This document shows, one piece after another, positions 61,172 to 64,000 of a DNA stretch of 64,000 nt; position 1 is the stretch's first letter, and each line of letters starts with the position of its first letter. Origin of the DNA: Raja brachyura (lineage: Eukaryota); contig OY740785.1 of assembly GCA_963514005.1 (NCBI GenBank), positions 38,130,001 through 38,194,000 of the forward strand, read 5' to 3'. The position numbers were made by a program, and so were the translations under genes. Below the pieces are notes generated by a model, which saw only the letters and a program-made list of their open reading frames with translations, was not told the DNA's origin and did no database searches.

Positions 61172-61303
61172 TGTAGGAAGGAACTGCAGGTGCTGGTTTG
61201 TACTGAATATAGAGACCAAATGCTGGAGTAACTCAGGTGGGTCAGTCGACACCTCTGGAGAAAAGGAATAGGTGATGTTTCAGGTCGGAACCCTTCTTCA
61301 GAC
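61172..61303 (-). repeat. PLE terminal repeat
   Basis: GGAAGGAACTGCAGGTGCTGGTTT...GGAACCCTTCTTCAGAC. Confidence 0.7.
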
Positions 61304-61465
61304 AATGTATCGGACAACTGACCTGATGTTGCTGAGAATTATTATGTACATGAAGATAGGGAAAGATGGAGGAATGGAGCACCAGAGCACATTACAGGTG
61401 AACATACATAACCTTTGCATGTGTGTGATTATTTCTCAAGGAAAGATGATCATCAGCTCAATTTA

Positions 61466-61772
61466 AATTGAATTGAATTGAATGATGCAGCATGGAAACG
61501 GGCTCTTTGGCCCACCATGTCCACTCCAACCATGGAACACCCATTCACACTAGTTTTATGTTATCCCAATTTCACATCCACTCCCACAGTAGGAGCAATT
61601 TACCGAGGCGAATCAACCTACCAACCCACACATCATTGGCAAGTGAGAGGAAACCCATGTGGTTACAGGGAGAACGTGCAAACTCGCACAGATAGCACTC
61701 AAGGTCAAGGGTCGATCCTGATTCTCTGGCACTGTGAGGCAGTGGCACTACCAACTGTTCTACTTTGCCACC
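61466..61772 (-). mobile_element. Diverged HE1/V-SINE
   Basis: CAGGGAGAACGTGCAAACTC V-domain and SINE head on the minus strand. Confidence 0.68.
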
Positions 61773-62029
61773 TATGATGTTGCGTCTCTATGATCATTAA
61801 TGCTTCATCAATGATCAATGATCTTCCTTCTGTTATTAAGGAAAAGAATGGGGAGGTTGCTGATAATGCCAATGTGTTCATTTCTAGTTGTGACTTATTC
61901 TATAATAAGACAACAACACAAAGCCCGAAAAGCAACTTAGCTGTACTTGATGGATAAATGTCCTCCTTTCATGCTATACATTTTCTAATTTTGATATCAG
62001 AGTACAGGCTTAAATTGACAAGTTTATCA

Positions 62030-62106
62030 GCATGCTGGTTAGCATGCAACAAAAATGTTCACTGTACCTCGGTACACGTGACAATAAACTAAACTAAACT
62101 AACTAA
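62030..62106 (+). repeat. LINE 3' tail (TTCACTGTACCTCGGTACACGTGACAATAAA + (ACTAA)n); sister copy at 32000-32040
   Basis: Near-identical stem-loop/tail motif at two loci; a related minus-strand copy lies at ~11415-11480. Confidence 0.6.
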
Positions 62107-62369
62107 GTAGTGGGTAAATTTATGTTTAAGATAAAGCCACATATATTTTATGGCACATTTCAGGAACTCAGCATTTTCCAAAATGCTTAGAGTCAATGAA
62201 GTACATTTGTGGTGTAGTCACTATCATAATGAAGGAAGCACAACAGCTATTTTGCATTCATCCAGCAAATTACAATGCTTTAATCAATGGGTAAACAATG
62301 TGTAGTTGTTCAGATAATCACACAATAATTGAGCATAGTCTGAGGTGTTCTGTTTTTCACCCAACTCAC

Positions 62370-62700
62370 AAGTCATAGAGTCATACATCATGGAAACAGG
62401 CCCTTCAGCCCAACTTGCCCATGCCAAGATGTCCCATCTACACTAGTCCCAGCTGCCAGCGTTTGGCCCATATCCCTCTAAACCTTTCGTAGCCATGTAC
62501 CTGCCCAAATGTCTTTTAAATGTTGTTACAGTACGTGTCTCTACTACCTCTCTGACAGCTCATTCCATATCCCACCTGTGTGAAAAAGCTGCCTCTCAGG
62601 TTCCTATTAAAGCTTTCCCCTCTCACCTTAAACCTATGTCCTCTGGTTGCTGATTCCCCTAATCTGAGTAAAAGACTCGGTGCATCTACCTTATCTGTTC
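62370..62700 (-). mobile_element. CR1 LINE 3' fragment
   Basis: Similar to 37080-37440. Confidence 0.75.
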
Positions 62701-64000
62701 AGAAACTGTTAAAGCTTCACCATTTGGAAACATAAGCCATGGACTACTGACCACGTGACAGAATGGACACAGTGACAGGTACATTCAACTTAGTTAACAC
62801 CATTGATGATCACTAACAGCATTGCAGCAAAACCCTTCCAAGTCACAGAGTGTCCTGACTTGGGCACTTTTGTTATTGGTTCCTTGTCTCTCTGTCAGGG
62901 TGTTTGAATCCAATATCTGAGCATCATCACCATAAGCAGTTTAAAAAGTATGGCCAATGCCAAGCTTTTATAACAATTTTGGATGGCAATAGACGTTAAT
63001 CCATTAAAAAAACGTAAAGGGCATTAAAGATATAATAATTGATGACACTGTGGAGATGGATAGCACATTTCTGATACTGAGGCAGCAGGGACTTGTTTTA
63101 ACTGACTCATAAGTTCATAAGTTCACAAGTGATAGGAGCAGAATTAGGCCATTCAGCCCATCACGGCTACTCCACCATTGCATTTTGACTGATCTATCTT
63201 TCCCTCTTAACCCCATTCTCCTGCCTCCTCTGAGTAAATTTAGACCTTAAATAACAACAATAATTCAATGGGTTTCCAAGTCTGTAGCACATTGAAATTT
63301 TTAATGTTCCTATTACCTATGCAAAAACATATTTTCATGTACCTCACGTGATGTTCTGCACAAAGATAACATTTGCTAGCTTTTCTGTTTGTACGTTCAC
63401 AGGTGAACACTTCAATGCATTCTATTTTGATCATGGAAACCTCTTTAGGCAAGTTGAAGGCGTTTGAAGAAGAGGAGGTACAAGATCCCGATAGCTCATC
63501 GAAACAGGAGTGTATGTAAGCATTTGGGAGAATTAATCATCACAACAGAGCAGAAAACTCAGGGAATGTACAGTCAAGAAAACATTTTCATCTGCATTGT
63601 CACTAGATATCATTCTAGAAAATATTTATAACATCCGGGAGTTATCTCCAAGGCCATTTGACTGTCTGTCAGGAATCAGAATCTCAAGGTTTCAAGGTCA
63701 GTTTATTGCCACATGTATCAATCATGGTACAGTTGCTCATCCATGCCAACATAGAGAAATAACGAATTGTACATTGTCTAGGTACAGGCACAAACATGAC
63801 TTGGCCCTATCCGATCTGGTTATATTATGATGCTATTTATCTGCGCCATGCCAATTTAACAATGTAAAATAAAAACAAATAATGTTGGAAGCAGTCAGCA
63901 GGTTAAGCAGGTATAAACATTTCCTCAGAAGTTCAGTTTAGTTTACGAAATATATTACAAATGAACAGCATATAGAAAGGTCCAGAAGAAAGAGCATATG

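Noticed and set aside
1076-61303. Recurrent palindromic repeat read as a CRISPR array or bacterial REP/terminator
   Set aside because: Copies are dispersed and degenerate, have no regular spacers or cas genes, sit in a vertebrate context and are explained as PLE termini.

Overview
Vertebrate genomic DNA, almost certainly from a cartilaginous fish (skate/ray-like; inferred from HE1/V-SINEs, HER1/CR1-type LINE ends and Penelope-type repeats). It contains one genuine protein-coding gene: the intronless class III POU homeobox gene POU3F2 (Brn-2) on the minus strand (28584-29756, 390 aa). The gene has a CpG-rich CCAAT/RFX/GC-box promoter and a long 3' UTR, and sits in a gene desert with many enhancer-like non-coding blocks. 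The rest is repeats: a Passport-like Tc1 transposon with 213-bp TIRs and a decayed transposase, a Penelope-like (PLE) RT remnant, CR1 and Rex1/Babar LINE fragments, HE1 SINEs, a Harbinger-like non-autonomous element and MITE-like palindromes. The most striking non-genic signal is a family of roughly 20 short PLE-terminus repeats carrying a minimal hammerhead-ribozyme core (CTGAnGA-A-GGGT-CTCG-ACCC-GAAACGTC). They occur as fold-back pairs and as young ~97-bp solo insertions with 13-16 bp target-site duplications. There are four N gaps. Nearly all other ORFs in the supplied track are noise. Family assignments are from memory of motifs, not from database searches.
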